From positions 851-64,850 of the forward strand of contig PLAY01000179.1 in the NCBI GenBank assembly GCA_003134375.1: a stretch of 64,000 bases of DNA, written 5' to 3'. This document shows, piece after piece, positions 46,300-56,274 of this stretch (positions are counted from its first letter, which is position 1; each line of letters starts with the position of its first letter). The position numbers and the translations under genes are program-made. The notes beneath the pieces were generated by a model, which was given only the letters and a program-made list of their open reading frames with translations, searched no databases and was not told the origin of the DNA. The DNA comes from Limisphaerales bacterium. Its GTDB lineage: Bacteria > Verrucomicrobiota > Verrucomicrobiia > Limisphaerales > UBA11358.

Positions 46300-46602
46300 T
46301 TAATAGTCATCGTGATCACAACATGGCGGGTCGCGCAACGGCGGGAACGGGTCAAACGGTTCGGGCGGCGGCGTTGGCCGTCCAATTTTTATTTGCACTC
46401 CAATGGCCGCCGTTACATGAGGTGTGGGTTTGCCATTCAATTGTTTTCGTCGAAGTCCGCCACTCAACACCCAAGCCAGAAATGGAATCAGGAGAAACAC
46501 CAACCCCATAAAGATATAGACGCCATAGTCGGCAATGACTCCATCGAGGAATTTGAACACCGACTGCTCCAGTTCGAGTGCTTTAATTTGCATGGGTTGC
46601 AT
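46300..46602 (-). CDS. small single-TM protein downstream of the integrase
   Basis: ATG 46602 is preceded by AAGGAGG. The TM segment is YIFMGLVFLLIPFLAWVL, with a Pro-rich C-terminus ending CCDHDDY. Confidence 0.5.
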   Translation of the reverse strand: MQPMQIKALELEQSVFKFLDGVIADYGVYIFMGLVFLLIPFLAWVLSGGLRRKQLNGKPTPHVTAAIGVQIKIGRPTPPPEPFDPFPPLRDPPCCDHDDY

Positions 46603-46612
46603 GATGTCCTCC

Positions 46613-47662
46613 TTATGCGGTGACGACTTGCGCCACTGGTTCAATTCCTACGCCGTTGGCAAAGAGCTTCCGCTGCCGCTCGTATTCGCTTAACGACGGC
46701 AGTTCCACCTGCGCCCGGCGGGCGTAAGCGCGGTGCACGGCTTTGCTGTTATGTCCCAGGTTTTCCATCGCAAACCGTTCGGGATAGCCGGCGGTTTTTG
46801 CCCGTTCAGCCCAGGCGTATCGGTAACTATGTAACGTGACGCCTTTGATGTTAAGCCCCCGGCAGCGCTGCTTGAACTCCGTGGCCCGGTCACCCGCGCG
46901 GACGGTTCGCAGATGCGGAAACAACGGCCCGCTGCCCGGCAAATCCCGGAGAATTTCCGCCACATCTTCACTGAAGCGCATGATGGCAATTGAGCCGGTT
47001 TTCATGCGTGCAAAGCTGATGACGTGATGTTCCCAATCCACATTCTCCGCTTCCAGAAATGCCAGGTCGGATTGCGACGCGCCCGTGTGCCAGGCCATTT
47101 GGTAAAAGGCTTTGCGCTCCGGGTTTTTCTCGCGCCCGATGATCTGGCAATGCTCATCCCCAGTGATGGCCCGTTTGTCCTTGAACTCAATTGCCGGCCA
47201 CTGGCGCTTTACCACCACCGGCCACGGCAACCAGCCCATGTCCAAAGCAAAGTTGTGAATCCGGCGGAGGAAAACATTCGTTGAGACCGTGCCGACGTAC
47301 AGCACCTTCAGGAAATGCTCGGCCTGCGTTTCCAGAATCGGCAGGTCGCGAATCAAATCAAACGCCTTGTCCCGGATGGCGCGCTGCCAGCGGACGAGGG
47401 TTGGTCCACGCTTGGTTTTGCCCAGTTCGTCCATCGGCACCTGCCAGGTCCGCTTGGACACCATCGGATCGGTTGCGGCCAGATAGGTGCGTGCCAGTTG
47501 GAGATTCAGGTGCGCCTGCCGGTGCGACTGCGTTTTGGCGGCGAACAGTGCGGAGGCTTCCGCACGGTCACGGGTCTGCAGGCTTTCCTGCTTGCCGGTC
47601 TCATCGTCATGGACGTAATAAATCCCGCCATTGCGGCGGTAGAGACGGAATCGTTGCTTCAT
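46613..47662 (-). CDS. tyrosine recombinase / integrase (close paralog of 11714..12760)
   Basis: TLHSYRYAWAERA and LGHNSKAVHRAY are present, and it is collinear with the first integrase over its full length. The likely start is MKQRF at 47662, although the ORF extends to 47719. Confidence 0.9.
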   Translation of the reverse strand: MKQRFRLYRRNGGIYYVHDDETGKQESLQTRDRAEASALFAAKTQSHRQAHLNLQLARTYLAATDPMVSKRTWQVPMDELGKTKRGPTLVRWQRAIRDKAFDLIRDLPILETQAEHFLKVLYVGTVSTNVFLRRIHNFALDMGWLPWPVVVKRQWPAIEFKDKRAITGDEHCQIIGREKNPERKAFYQMAWHTGASQSDLAFLEAENVDWEHHVISFARMKTGSIAIMRFSEDVAEILRDLPGSGPLFPHLRTVRAGDRATEFKQRCRGLNIKGVTLHSYRYAWAERAKTAGYPERFAMENLGHNSKAVHRAYARRAQVELPSLSEYERQRKLFANGVGIEPVAQVVTA

Positions 47663-47700
47663 ATTTTTACGAAGCAGCGTAAGTCTGTCTTGGCTCCGCG

Positions 47701-48063
47701 TTGTGTAAGCTTTACACAATCCGACGCGGACAAATTGCCTGTCAGCGAGTTTTGCCGGAGTTTCAGCGGAGTTTTGGCGAGTCGTTGCCGAGTTTCACCA
47801 AGTCCGCCGTCTGCTGGCAGTTTTGCTGGCAGTTGCAACTTGATTCTTCACAACTCCTTGATGCCCAAGCATCGAAGTTGGAGGCGAGGGTCGGAATCGG
47901 ACGCGTCTCGCCTTCCACAAGCCACTCGAAATCAATTGCCTATGGCATCGCTGATGCCCTGAATATAAGGCGGTTACGTTTTATGTCAAGCTTAACTTCA
48001 TCCGACTTTTTTTAACTCCATTTAACCCTCACCGGATGCGGTTTGCTGGCATTTCTGCTGGCA
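47701..48063. promoter_or_regulatory. candidate att / integrase-binding region with clustered short repeats
   Basis: IR TTGTGTAA-GCT-TTACACAA lies at 47701-47719. Five tandem 11-bp units (GAGTTTTGCCG-like) span 47747-47801. TGCTGGCA(G) occurs four times as two pairs with 12-bp spacing (47812, 47824; 48044, 48056). Confidence 0.35.
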
Positions 48064-48317
48064 CTTTTTTTCGGTGAATTTTCCATACTGGAGACAACAA
48101 TGGCCTCCGTGCAATCTTTCCTGGCTGGCGGTGAGTTAGCGGGGAGCATACAGCTAATATCCCAAAGCCGTCTGTTCAAGTCCTGGCCTGATAAAATACG
48201 GAAACGAAATGAAGTGTCAGACCGGATTAAATTATTTACGTTTTGTTCTTGCATTGCGCGAGCTATGCGTATAGCTTGTGTTCGACGTGGAACGAACACG
48301 CAAAAATTAAAAACAAA

Positions 48318-48620
48318 ATGTCGGCTTACATTACACCAGACAAAGTAAACTCACCTCGGCGGCATTGGACGCTCCTTGTGGTGCTTGATTCAGGGGGTGA
48401 AGAAGACATTGCCCTGTGCGTTGGGCGCTGGGATAATACCCCATGCCTTGGGATGCGATGGAACGGAAGCGAAGAAAGTCCGCTCGGAAACCCCCAATCA
48501 AGGGGTATTCCAACATGGTTCATCATTCCTGCGGGCGATTATGCAAATGCAATCATCGAATCGCTTCCTCCTGAAAAGAAGAAAATGGCGCGGAATTTCT
48601 TGCCGCTGAATCCAAAATGA
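48318..48620 (+). CDS. hypothetical protein
   Basis: ATG 48318 starts MSAYITPDKVNSPRRHWTLLVV.. Its stop overlaps the next start (ATGA). Confidence 0.45.
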   Translation: MSAYITPDKVNSPRRHWTLLVVLDSGGEEDIALCVGRWDNTPCLGMRWNGSEESPLGNPQSRGIPTWFIIPAGDYANAIIESLPPEKKKMARNFLPLNPK

Positions 48621-48817
48621 ACGAAGACGAATCAACAAATGGAATTTGCGACCACTGCAATGAGCGTATCGAGGTATGCGAATGTGAAATCACTTGCCAG
48701 AAGTGCGAGGATGCACGCCCTCGAAAACACAAATGCGCCAAAGAAGCAACGCATTGCGAGTATTGCGACGAACCCATCGAGACTTGCCACTGCCAGCCAA
48801 GTGGACACTACGACTGA
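48617..48817 (+). CDS. small Cys/His-rich (probably zinc-binding) protein
   Basis: 66 aa with 11 Cys arranged as CxxC/CxC pairs (CDHCNERIEVCECEITCQKCE...CEYCDEPIETCHC). Confidence 0.5.
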   Translation: MNEDESTNGICDHCNERIEVCECEITCQKCEDARPRKHKCAKEATHCEYCDEPIETCHCQPSGHYD

Positions 48818-48841
48818 AATAAATATTAACAATACAATGCC

Positions 48842-49108
48842 ATGCAAGTAACCAAATCCAAGCCAATCTTAAACTGTCCGGGACACACAATTGAAATCGG
48901 AAAAGCGACTTGGGACGACCAAGAGACCTCTGTTCGGAACCGGTATCCAACAAAAACTGGAGGATTCAGTCCACGCAGTTCGAGCGAAATTCCACTTGGT
49001 GATGTAAAGGAGATTGTCAGCGTAGTCGCAGATAATGATCTCCTTGATCCAAAAGTGCTTGCGGACATGATTGGTGCTCTTTCCGACTCACTCAGCCGAC
49101 AGGTTTAG
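48842..49108 (+). CDS. hypothetical protein
   Basis: 88-aa ORF that ends 6 bp before the giant gene. Confidence 0.45.
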   Translation: MQVTKSKPILNCPGHTIEIGKATWDDQETSVRNRYPTKTGGFSPRSSSEIPLGDVKEIVSVVADNDLLDPKVLADMIGALSDSLSRQV

Positions 49109-49113
49109 AGAGC

Positions 49114-52100
49114 ATGAGAACAATACGGAAACTTATTCACGTTTGCCTGCTTTGGTTAGTATTGTATCAAGCAAACAAAAGCGAAGCGCAAACCTACAAG
49201 ACTCTGTGTAGTTTACAATATGGGGTTTTTCCGTATGCCGGATTGATTGTATCAAGCAACACTCTTTATGGGACAACAATTTATAGCAGCAGCGATGGTT
49301 ATGGCTCGGTGTTCGCCGTGAACACCGATGGCACAGGCTTAACAAACTTGGTTGATTTCACACTCATAGGACAAATAAACAATGATGGAGCTATGCCGTA
49401 TGGAGGATTGGTTTTATCGAGCAACACCCTATATGGGACGGGAAATATAGGTGGTAGTTCAGGCAATGGCGCGGTGTTCGCCGTGAACACCGATGGCACA
49501 GGTTTAACAAACCTGCACAGTTTTACGGCAAACTCTGGTCCTTCTGTAACAAACACCGACGGGTTTAATCCTGTTGGCGGGTTGATTTTATCGGGGAACA
49601 CCTTGTATGGGACGGCAGAATATGGCGGCAGTTCTGGCAGTGGAACGGTGTTCGCCGTGAACACTGACGGCACCGGTTTTACCAACCTGTATAGTTTTGC
49701 AGCAACTAAAACTAATTCTACAGGAGTTTTTACCAATAGCACCGGTGCTTATCCAAAAGCGAGTCTGATCTTGTCAGGCAACATTCTTTATGGAACAACA
49801 GCAAACGGTGGCAGTGCGGGTAATGGCACAGTGTTCGCCATAAACACCAATGGTTTTGGCTTTACGAATTTGTATAGTTTTAGTGCATTCGGTCACAATA
49901 ACAATATCAACAATGACGGGGCTTGGCCGGCTTCCAGTTTGATTTTATACGGCAACACGCTGTATGGGACAACAGTAAGTGGTGGTAGCTCTGGCAATGG
50001 CACGGTATTCGCCATCAATACAAATGGCACAGCCTTTAGCAATTTTCATAATTTTACGGCAATCTCTGGTTCTCCTGGAATCAACAGCGACGGAGCCAAT
50101 CCGGTTGGCGGACTGTATTTACTTGGAAACACCCTATATGGGACAACAATTTATGGAGGCAGTTCTGGCCAAGGCACGATATTCACAATCATCACAAACG
50201 GCACAAGTTTCACAACCCTGTTTAGTTTTTATAGTCAATTCGGTGGCAATCCAGGTATGCCGTATGGCGGATTGATTTTATCGGGCAGCAGCCTGTATGG
50301 AACAACAAGAAATGGCGGTGGTGGTAATGGCACGGTGTTCGGTCTAAATCTCGCGCCCGCCATTACGACCCAACCTCAAAACCAGACCAATCCGGTGGCT
50401 AGCACGGCCATTTTCACCGTGACAACTTTCGGCATACCTCCCCTATCTTACCAATGGCTGTTTAACAGTAACAATATTTCGGGAGGGGATAGCTCCCTTT
50501 ACATAGAAAATGCTCAGTTTACGAACGCAGGCAATTATCAAGTAATCGTTACCAACGTCTTTGGTAGCGTCACCAGTAGCGTGGCCACCTTGACAGTTAT
50601 ACCCGCAGCGGCAACAGTGACATTGAGCAATCTGACCCAAACATACGACGGCACAGCAATAATCGTAAATGTGTCAACAGTTCCTTCAGGATTGAATGTT
50701 ATACTCACTTACAATGGGTCTTCCATTGCCCCTACAAACATTGGAGTCTATACAGTTGTTGGAACGGTAAACAATGCGAATTACTTTGGCAGCGCAACAA
50801 ACCTCCTTATCATCGGGTTACTACCGCAAATCAGCCAACAACCATATTCTTTGTTGTGGGTCAATGGAGTGGACGCAACGCTCAACATTCAAGCCACCGG
50901 CTATCCTTTACCAACCTACAAGTGGTTTTTTAACGGCAACTTAATTACCAATGCGACCTCGCCAACACTTACGCTTGATCCTCTCGTAACAAATATGTGC
51001 GGCAGTTACTCGTGCATTGCATCAAATATCTTTACCAATGTCCAAACAGCAAATGTTGTAGTGCGTCTGCCTGGTCAGGCGATTTCAGTCCCAACAAATA
51101 GTCCGGCAAACGCTCCTGTTATCACGTTTGACGGGCTAGACCCGGTCGCTGGCATGATTCTGCGTGGAGACCGCACTTTGGTTTCCATGAACACGACATA
51201 TTCGGGCGGCAGCATTTTCTATACCCTAGATGGCAGTGTTCCCATTCCCGGTGCTAACGGAATCGAATACACCGGTCCGTTCTATCTGATTGATTCAACC
51301 ACTATCAATGCCGTAGCTTGGGATTCATTATTTGAGAATTCGGCCACTGCTCTTCCTATTAGTCTTGTAATCCGTTCACTTTACGCAGCCAGTTCGTTAT
51401 GCAAAGGAGGTGGTTTTGCCAGCCTAATCACTCCGGCATATAGTGGTAATTTATTTGTCAGCAATACACTGGTGCAAGTCACGGCCACGGCCAGCAATGG
51501 TTGGTCAATCTTATATTGGAATGGCGCAACAAATATAACCACCAACGCCAGCACACGGGTAGTTGCCCCAACCACTTTAGAAGCCGTTTTTGGAACTCCC
51601 TATACTGCGATTACTGGTGGCGTCGGGGTTGGGACCGTTGTCGCCACCCCCGATTTATTGCTATATCCTTTTGGTAGTAGTTTGAAGCTGCTGGCCCAGC
51701 CGCAATCGGGAAGTTATTTTTTCCGCTGGCAGCCGAGCACTCAAATAACAAATCCGCTTTTTTTAACTGTTACGAATGCCAACACGACAAATTCTGCCGT
51801 GTTTTCTCCGCTGCTGACGGGATACGTTTCTTTGGTTTTGAATGTGGTTGGTAACGGTCAGGCGACTGTCTCACCCTTACAAGGGGAATACTTGAATGGA
51901 ACCAGCGTGACCTTGATGGCTACTCCTAACAATCAATACAGCTTTGTCGGCTGGACAGGAAATGTCTCGTCCACGAACAATCCACTGACTGTTAATTTGA
52001 AAACCAATGAATCCATTCAGGCGGTTTTTGCGCCAAATATACAGGTAATATTAAATCCGGTATCCAAAAACGTCTTAGCTGGCACCGTGGTATATTTGGC

Positions 52101-53316
52101 TGTTGGCGCAAGTGGCCCAACGCCTCTAACGTATCAATGGTGCTTTAATGGAAACAGCATTTCTAGTGCAAGCAATTATCTTTTCAGTATCATGTCGGCT
52201 ACGGCGGCGAATGCCGGCAACTACAACGTGGTGGTCAGTAACGGCGGCATTAGTGTTACCAGTCAAGTAGCCAGTATCACCATATCACCACTTGGAACGG
52301 TGGTGGTTTGGGGCAACAGTCCGGCTGGTATGCCAAGCCCTATGACAAACAGTGCGGCTATCGCGGCGGGTTCTGCTTATGCGTTAAGCCTTCAAAACAA
52401 TACAACCATTGTAGGTTGGGGTGATAATTCAGAGGGACAAATCAGCATCCCTTACGGATTGACCAATATAATTGGAATAAGTGCTGGTCTCGATCATAGT
52501 GTGGCTTTGCGAAATGACGGTAAACTGATTGCTTGGGGGCGAAACAATTATGGCCAAATTAATATACCTCTCGGATTGAACCAGATTGTAGCCCTTTCGT
52601 CGGGAATACAATTTACGCTGGCTTTGGACGTAAACGGAAACATAACGGCATGGGGTCGTGGCGACAGCGGCCAAACCAATGTCCCGGTTAATCTAACCAA
52701 CGTTGTGAGCATCGCCGCTGGAGATGCTTTTGGATTGGCGTTGCAAGCGAATGGAAATGTGGTTGGCTGGGGCGATAACACCTATGGACAAATTAATATT
52801 CCTGCCAATATTACAAATGCAATCGCCATTGCGGCGGGTAGCAGCCATGCGTTGGCTTTGCTTAACACCGGAAATGTTATTGCATGGGGCAATAATGACG
52901 AAGGGCAGACGAACGTAACGCCAGGCTTGTCAAATGTAGTAGCCCTTGCTGCCGGATTGGCTCACAGTATTGCCTTGGAACAAAATGGAACGGTAACAGC
53001 GTGGGGGCAGAACAATTATGGCCAATTGACCTACCCAGCGGGATTGAACAAGGTTGCTGTAATCGATGCTGCAACAAATTATTCGATGGCCTTGATAACC
53101 ATTCCGCCGGTGATTCTTAGCGCGAATCGCTATGGCACGAATATGCAGTTTAACTGGCCTAGTCCAGCCGGTGCTTATTCATTGTATTCGGCAGACACAC
53201 TACTAAACCCGACGTGGAACCTGGTTAATTTACCTGTGTCGGTGAATGGCTCCGTAATATCAATCACGATTCCGACGACCAACTCGCAAGAATATTTTCG
53301 TCTTGGAGCGCAATAG
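49114..53316 (+). CDS. giant secreted protein with GloVer choice-of-anchor tandem repeats, Ig/MBG-like domains and an RCC1-like propeller
   Basis: It has a signal peptide and 7 repeats of NTLYGTTxxGGSSGNGTVFAxNTDGTGFTNLYSF. Ig-like segments read PPLSYQW..NAGNYQV.V.N. Six units of WG(D/R/N)NxxGQ are RCC1-like. Confidence 0.9.
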   Translation: MRTIRKLIHVCLLWLVLYQANKSEAQTYKTLCSLQYGVFPYAGLIVSSNTLYGTTIYSSSDGYGSVFAVNTDGTGLTNLVDFTLIGQINNDGAMPYGGLVLSSNTLYGTGNIGGSSGNGAVFAVNTDGTGLTNLHSFTANSGPSVTNTDGFNPVGGLILSGNTLYGTAEYGGSSGSGTVFAVNTDGTGFTNLYSFAATKTNSTGVFTNSTGAYPKASLILSGNILYGTTANGGSAGNGTVFAINTNGFGFTNLYSFSAFGHNNNINNDGAWPASSLILYGNTLYGTTVSGGSSGNGTVFAINTNGTAFSNFHNFTAISGSPGINSDGANPVGGLYLLGNTLYGTTIYGGSSGQGTIFTIITNGTSFTTLFSFYSQFGGNPGMPYGGLILSGSSLYGTTRNGGGGNGTVFGLNLAPAITTQPQNQTNPVASTAIFTVTTFGIPPLSYQWLFNSNNISGGDSSLYIENAQFTNAGNYQVIVTNVFGSVTSSVATLTVIPAAATVTLSNLTQTYDGTAIIVNVSTVPSGLNVILTYNGSSIAPTNIGVYTVVGTVNNANYFGSATNLLIIGLLPQISQQPYSLLWVNGVDATLNIQATGYPLPTYKWFFNGNLITNATSPTLTLDPLVTNMCGSYSCIASNIFTNVQTANVVVRLPGQAISVPTNSPANAPVITFDGLDPVAGMILRGDRTLVSMNTTYSGGSIFYTLDGSVPIPGANGIEYTGPFYLIDSTTINAVAWDSLFENSATALPISLVIRSLYAASSLCKGGGFASLITPAYSGNLFVSNTLVQVTATASNGWSILYWNGATNITTNASTRVVAPTTLEAVFGTPYTAITGGVGVGTVVATPDLLLYPFGSSLKLLAQPQSGSYFFRWQPSTQITNPLFLTVTNANTTNSAVFSPLLTGYVSLVLNVVGNGQATVSPLQGEYLNGTSVTLMATPNNQYSFVGWTGNVSSTNNPLTVNLKTNESIQAVFAPNIQVILNPVSKNVLAGTVVYLAVGASGPTPLTYQWCFNGNSISSASNYLFSIMSATAANAGNYNVVVSNGGISVTSQVASITISPLGTVVVWGNSPAGMPSPMTNSAAIAAGSAYALSLQNNTTIVGWGDNSEGQISIPYGLTNIIGISAGLDHSVALRNDGKLIAWGRNNYGQINIPLGLNQIVALSSGIQFTLALDVNGNITAWGRGDSGQTNVPVNLTNVVSIAAGDAFGLALQANGNVVGWGDNTYGQINIPANITNAIAIAAGSSHALALLNTGNVIAWGNNDEGQTNVTPGLSNVVALAAGLAHSIALEQNGTVTAWGQNNYGQLTYPAGLNKVAVIDAATNYSMALITIPPVILSANRYGTNMQFNWPSPAGAYSLYSADTLLNPTWNLVNLPVSVNGSVISITIPTTNSQEYFRLGAQ

Positions 53317-53332
53317 AAAAAAGATATTACGT

Positions 53333-53356
53333 GCTGGCAGGTTTTCGCCTGCCAGC
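53333..53356. terminator. hairpin GCTGGCAGG-TTTTCG-CCTGCCAGC after the giant gene (weak terminator candidate)
   Basis: A perfect 9-bp stem lies 17 bp past the stop, but there is no contiguous T-run. Confidence 0.4.
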
Positions 53357-53761
53357 CAGTTGAATGACCGAGTTGGTTATTTATTTTTTCGGGAGCGATA
53401 CGAAAAGCGATGCGCTCCGTCAAACGGGACGGTTGTTAAGCTGGATGTTGAAGCCGTTGCCGTCGGCGTGAGCCCATTCGCTGCCAATGCGAATCCAGTA
53501 GTTGTCGCCGCCTTAAATTGTCAGGCTGTGCCAATCGCGGCCTGGCACAAGGCGAAAAGCCCCTTTTTGCCGGAGCGAGACGCACCGAGCAAATCGGGAA
53601 ATTGGGGGCGACCTTCAGGGGAACCGAATTTCTGATTGCGCCGACGGGCGGGGACTTCAATGTGCCAATCAAAAAGCCTATGTGGCGTGGCGTGGCCAAC
53701 AAATTTATTCGTGGAGACGGCCTGACTGAACGGCAACATACCCGCCAGCGCGTTGTTGAGC

Positions 53762-54061
53762 CTAATCATTTTTCGCCATCGAATGCTCGAAGGAAGACCA
53801 TGATTCCATATCGAGATCACCGCAATAAGTTTGCGTGAGACACGAAAGAAATGCTTTCTTGGCCTTGCTGGAAGCTAGCAACAGTCCTTCATCTGAGTGC
53901 GGTGCGCTCACAATCCAGCGGTTGGAGCCTGTCGCGGGCTTTACGTTGTAAATGCCAAATGACGAGCAGTTCTCGACTGCCGTGTTTAGTGCGGAGACCT
54001 CTTGGTAGCCCTCAAGCTCTACGCCGTTGAGAAATTTTTGAAAATCACAGGTTATGCTCAT
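53762..54061 (-). CDS. hypothetical protein
   Basis: 99-aa ORF with no recognised motifs; weak call. Confidence 0.3.
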   Translation of the reverse strand: MSITCDFQKFLNGVELEGYQEVSALNTAVENCSSFGIYNVKPATGSNRWIVSAPHSDEGLLLASSKAKKAFLSCLTQTYCGDLDMESWSSFEHSMAKND

Positions 54062-54201
54062 AATCTAATAATCCGGCCAAAATTGATTTTGTCAACCCGT
54101 CTTGCCCTGCGGTCGTCCATCCAAAAAATTATTCGTCAACTGTTTTCGCAACTCCCCTATCCAAAACGAAAGAGGCGTGAGCTGAAGATCAATTCGCCAC
54201 C

Positions 54202-55368
54202 TTATTTAGTGCGTGCGTTGTCCAGTTCAGCTTCGATTTCCGCCACAGTCGGCAGGCTGCCTTTCAAATTTTTTGGCAGGGATTCGACCAGCTTGGTCTG
54301 CCATTGGGCGACGCCGATGGGCTTTTTCAAATCGCGCAGCGCATATTCAACGGTCAGATGGTCACGTTCCTTGCACAACAGCAGACCGATGGACGATCTG
54401 TCATCGGTATGGCGCAACTGGTCGTCCACGGCAGACAGGTAAAAATTCATCTTGCCCGCGAATTCCGGCTCGAAGGCTTTCATTTTCAGATCAATCACGA
54501 CGTAGCAGCGCAGCCGGAGGTGATAGAACAGCAGGTCGAGATAATAATCCTGGCCGCTGATTTCCATGTGATATTGCCGCCCGACAAATGCGAACCCGAC
54601 GCCGAGTTCGAGCAGAAATTTCTGAATGTGGTCGAGCAGACCCTGTTCGAGGTCGCGCTCATGCGCGTCGCTGCGGATCGTGAGAAAATCGAAATTGTAT
54701 GGGTCTTTGAGCGTTTGCTCGGCGAGATCGGACTGCGGCGGCGGCAGGGTGCGTTGAAAGTTGGTGACGGCTTTGCCTTCGCGTTCGTGCAGTTGCGTCT
54801 CAATGTGGTGCGTGAGCACCGCGCGGGACCAGCCATGTTCGATGGCCTTGTGGGCATACCAGAGGCGGATGAGCGGGGTTTTCAGTTTGGCCAGCAGAAC
54901 CAAATTATGTCCCCAAGGAATTTCCGCCACAGGTTGCGGCAAATTTGATCCAGCCAATTCTCCAACAAGCTGTGGGAGAAATTTCGAGGTGGATTCTCCA
55001 ACAGGCTGTTGGAGTTTTTGAGGTTCCTTGGTCCAAGCGAGATAAAAACTTCGCATATACCAGACGTTTTGCGGCGAGAAACCCGCCGTGCCGGGAAATT
55101 CCTTTTGCAGGTCTTCCGCCAGCCGTTCCACCACCTGTTTGCCGTAGCCCTTGGTCTTTTGCGCCTCGACAATGATTTTACCGATGTCCCAATAAAGCAG
55201 AATCAACTCGCGGTTGACGGAAACCGCCGCGCGAAGTTGCGCCGCGCGGACACGCGCTTTGAGGTCGGCGAGGAGCGTGGTGTAACCAGCGGGGAGTGCG
55301 CCGGGCAGTTTGCCGCCCATTCCGCTGGTTTTTGCCAAACCTGTGGCTGTCGTCTTTCGTTTCGTCAT
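54202..55368 (-). CDS. YhcG-like PDDEXK nuclease (DUF1016 family)
   Basis: Motifs are PWGHNLVLLAKLK, WYAHKAIEHGWSRAVL, DPYNFDFL, LELGVGFAFVGRQYH, YYLDLLFYH, VVIDLKMKAF and GKMNFYLSAVDD. Confidence 0.9.
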   Translation of the reverse strand: MTKRKTTATGLAKTSGMGGKLPGALPAGYTTLLADLKARVRAAQLRAAVSVNRELILLYWDIGKIIVEAQKTKGYGKQVVERLAEDLQKEFPGTAGFSPQNVWYMRSFYLAWTKEPQKLQQPVGESTSKFLPQLVGELAGSNLPQPVAEIPWGHNLVLLAKLKTPLIRLWYAHKAIEHGWSRAVLTHHIETQLHEREGKAVTNFQRTLPPPQSDLAEQTLKDPYNFDFLTIRSDAHERDLEQGLLDHIQKFLLELGVGFAFVGRQYHMEISGQDYYLDLLFYHLRLRCYVVIDLKMKAFEPEFAGKMNFYLSAVDDQLRHTDDRSSIGLLLCKERDHLTVEYALRDLKKPIGVAQWQTKLVESLPKNLKGSLPTVAEIEAELDNARTK

Positions 55369-55689
55369 ACAAAAAGTTTGCCTGCCGTTCTGCCCACAAC
55401 AATCCTCAATTGAGTTCGGAAACTTCGGGCATGATGCCTAATTTTTCTGGTGTTGAAAAGTTTTTCGCGCACATGACTTTCAAGGTGTCCGGTGCTGCTG
55501 GCCATACTTGTCGCAAGCAATTCTCCACGCGCCAAATCCTAAACGCAAAAGCCCCGGAGCCAGGCGGCGGGTCAACGGTGGAGGCCGAGGGCATACCGAG
55601 GCACTACCTTGACGCGACGACCGGCGACATACAATGGAATCTGGATTGGCGCGCGTTCTTGCCCGCGCGACTGCGCCCATGAACAAAGC

Positions 55690-56274
55690 TCAATGAATCC
55701 AATAATGGCCGATGCAAATTCCATAGCCGAGAACCAGCAAAAACCAAGCGACCGACCGAAGTATCACCCGCCACGCGAAACGGTCCTGCAAGTCATTGGA
55801 GACTTGTTCCAACCGTTCGCATTGAGCCGTCGTGCTGGCCTTGATGCTTCCCCATTCAGATGCCGCACTTTCCATCAAAGCCTTCACCCGGCTTGCGACT
55901 GCCTCCGCGTCGGCAAGCTGCACCTGGATTTGTTCCGCAGCCTGCCGGGTTGCCTGAATGTGAATTTCGACAGTTTTTTTCAACTCCTTGTTCTGGCCGT
56001 CCACCGTGTCGGCAAAATCATCTGCCATCGCCTGACTCTGCCGCCGGTATTCAGCCAGATGTAGTTCGATCAATTTGCGGGCGTCATTCATCAAGCGCGG
56101 CAGATTGGCCGCGATGCGCCATTGCGCCCTGGTCAGCAGAGCCAGTTGCACCGGAAAATTGCTGTCCGGCCCGACACTCCATTCGTGCAATAGCCGGTGA
56201 ACCCGGTCCACTTCGTCCGTCGTCAGCCCGGCACACAGCGCCGCCAAATCATCTTTGTCCAGGTCCATACTCAT
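55690..56274 (-). CDS. hypothetical coiled-coil protein with a C-terminal TM, third gene of the HTH/ParA-like operon
   Basis: 194 aa. Its start overlaps the ParA-like stop. The C-terminal segment is VAWFLLVLGYGICIGHYWI. Confidence 0.5.
   Translation of the reverse strand: MSMDLDKDDLAALCAGLTTDEVDRVHRLLHEWSVGPDSNFPVQLALLTRAQWRIAANLPRLMNDARKLIELHLAEYRRQSQAMADDFADTVDGQNKELKKTVEIHIQATRQAAEQIQVQLADAEAVASRVKALMESAASEWGSIKASTTAQCERLEQVSNDLQDRFAWRVILRSVAWFLLVLGYGICIGHYWIH

Noticed and set aside
47810-47835. A sigma-54-type promoter suggested by TGGCAG..TTGC.
   Set aside because: The GG-to-GC spacing is 9 nt rather than the canonical 12 nt. It is better explained as a repeated TGCTGGCA protein-binding motif.
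53420-53760. Short protein-like patches on the minus strand (e.g. GGDNYWIRIGSEWAHADGNGFNIQLNNRPV*) suggesting a lectin/DUF1080-like C-terminus.
   Set aside because: The patches are interrupted by stops in every frame within about 30 codons. At most this is a heavily decayed remnant, and I could not assign it.
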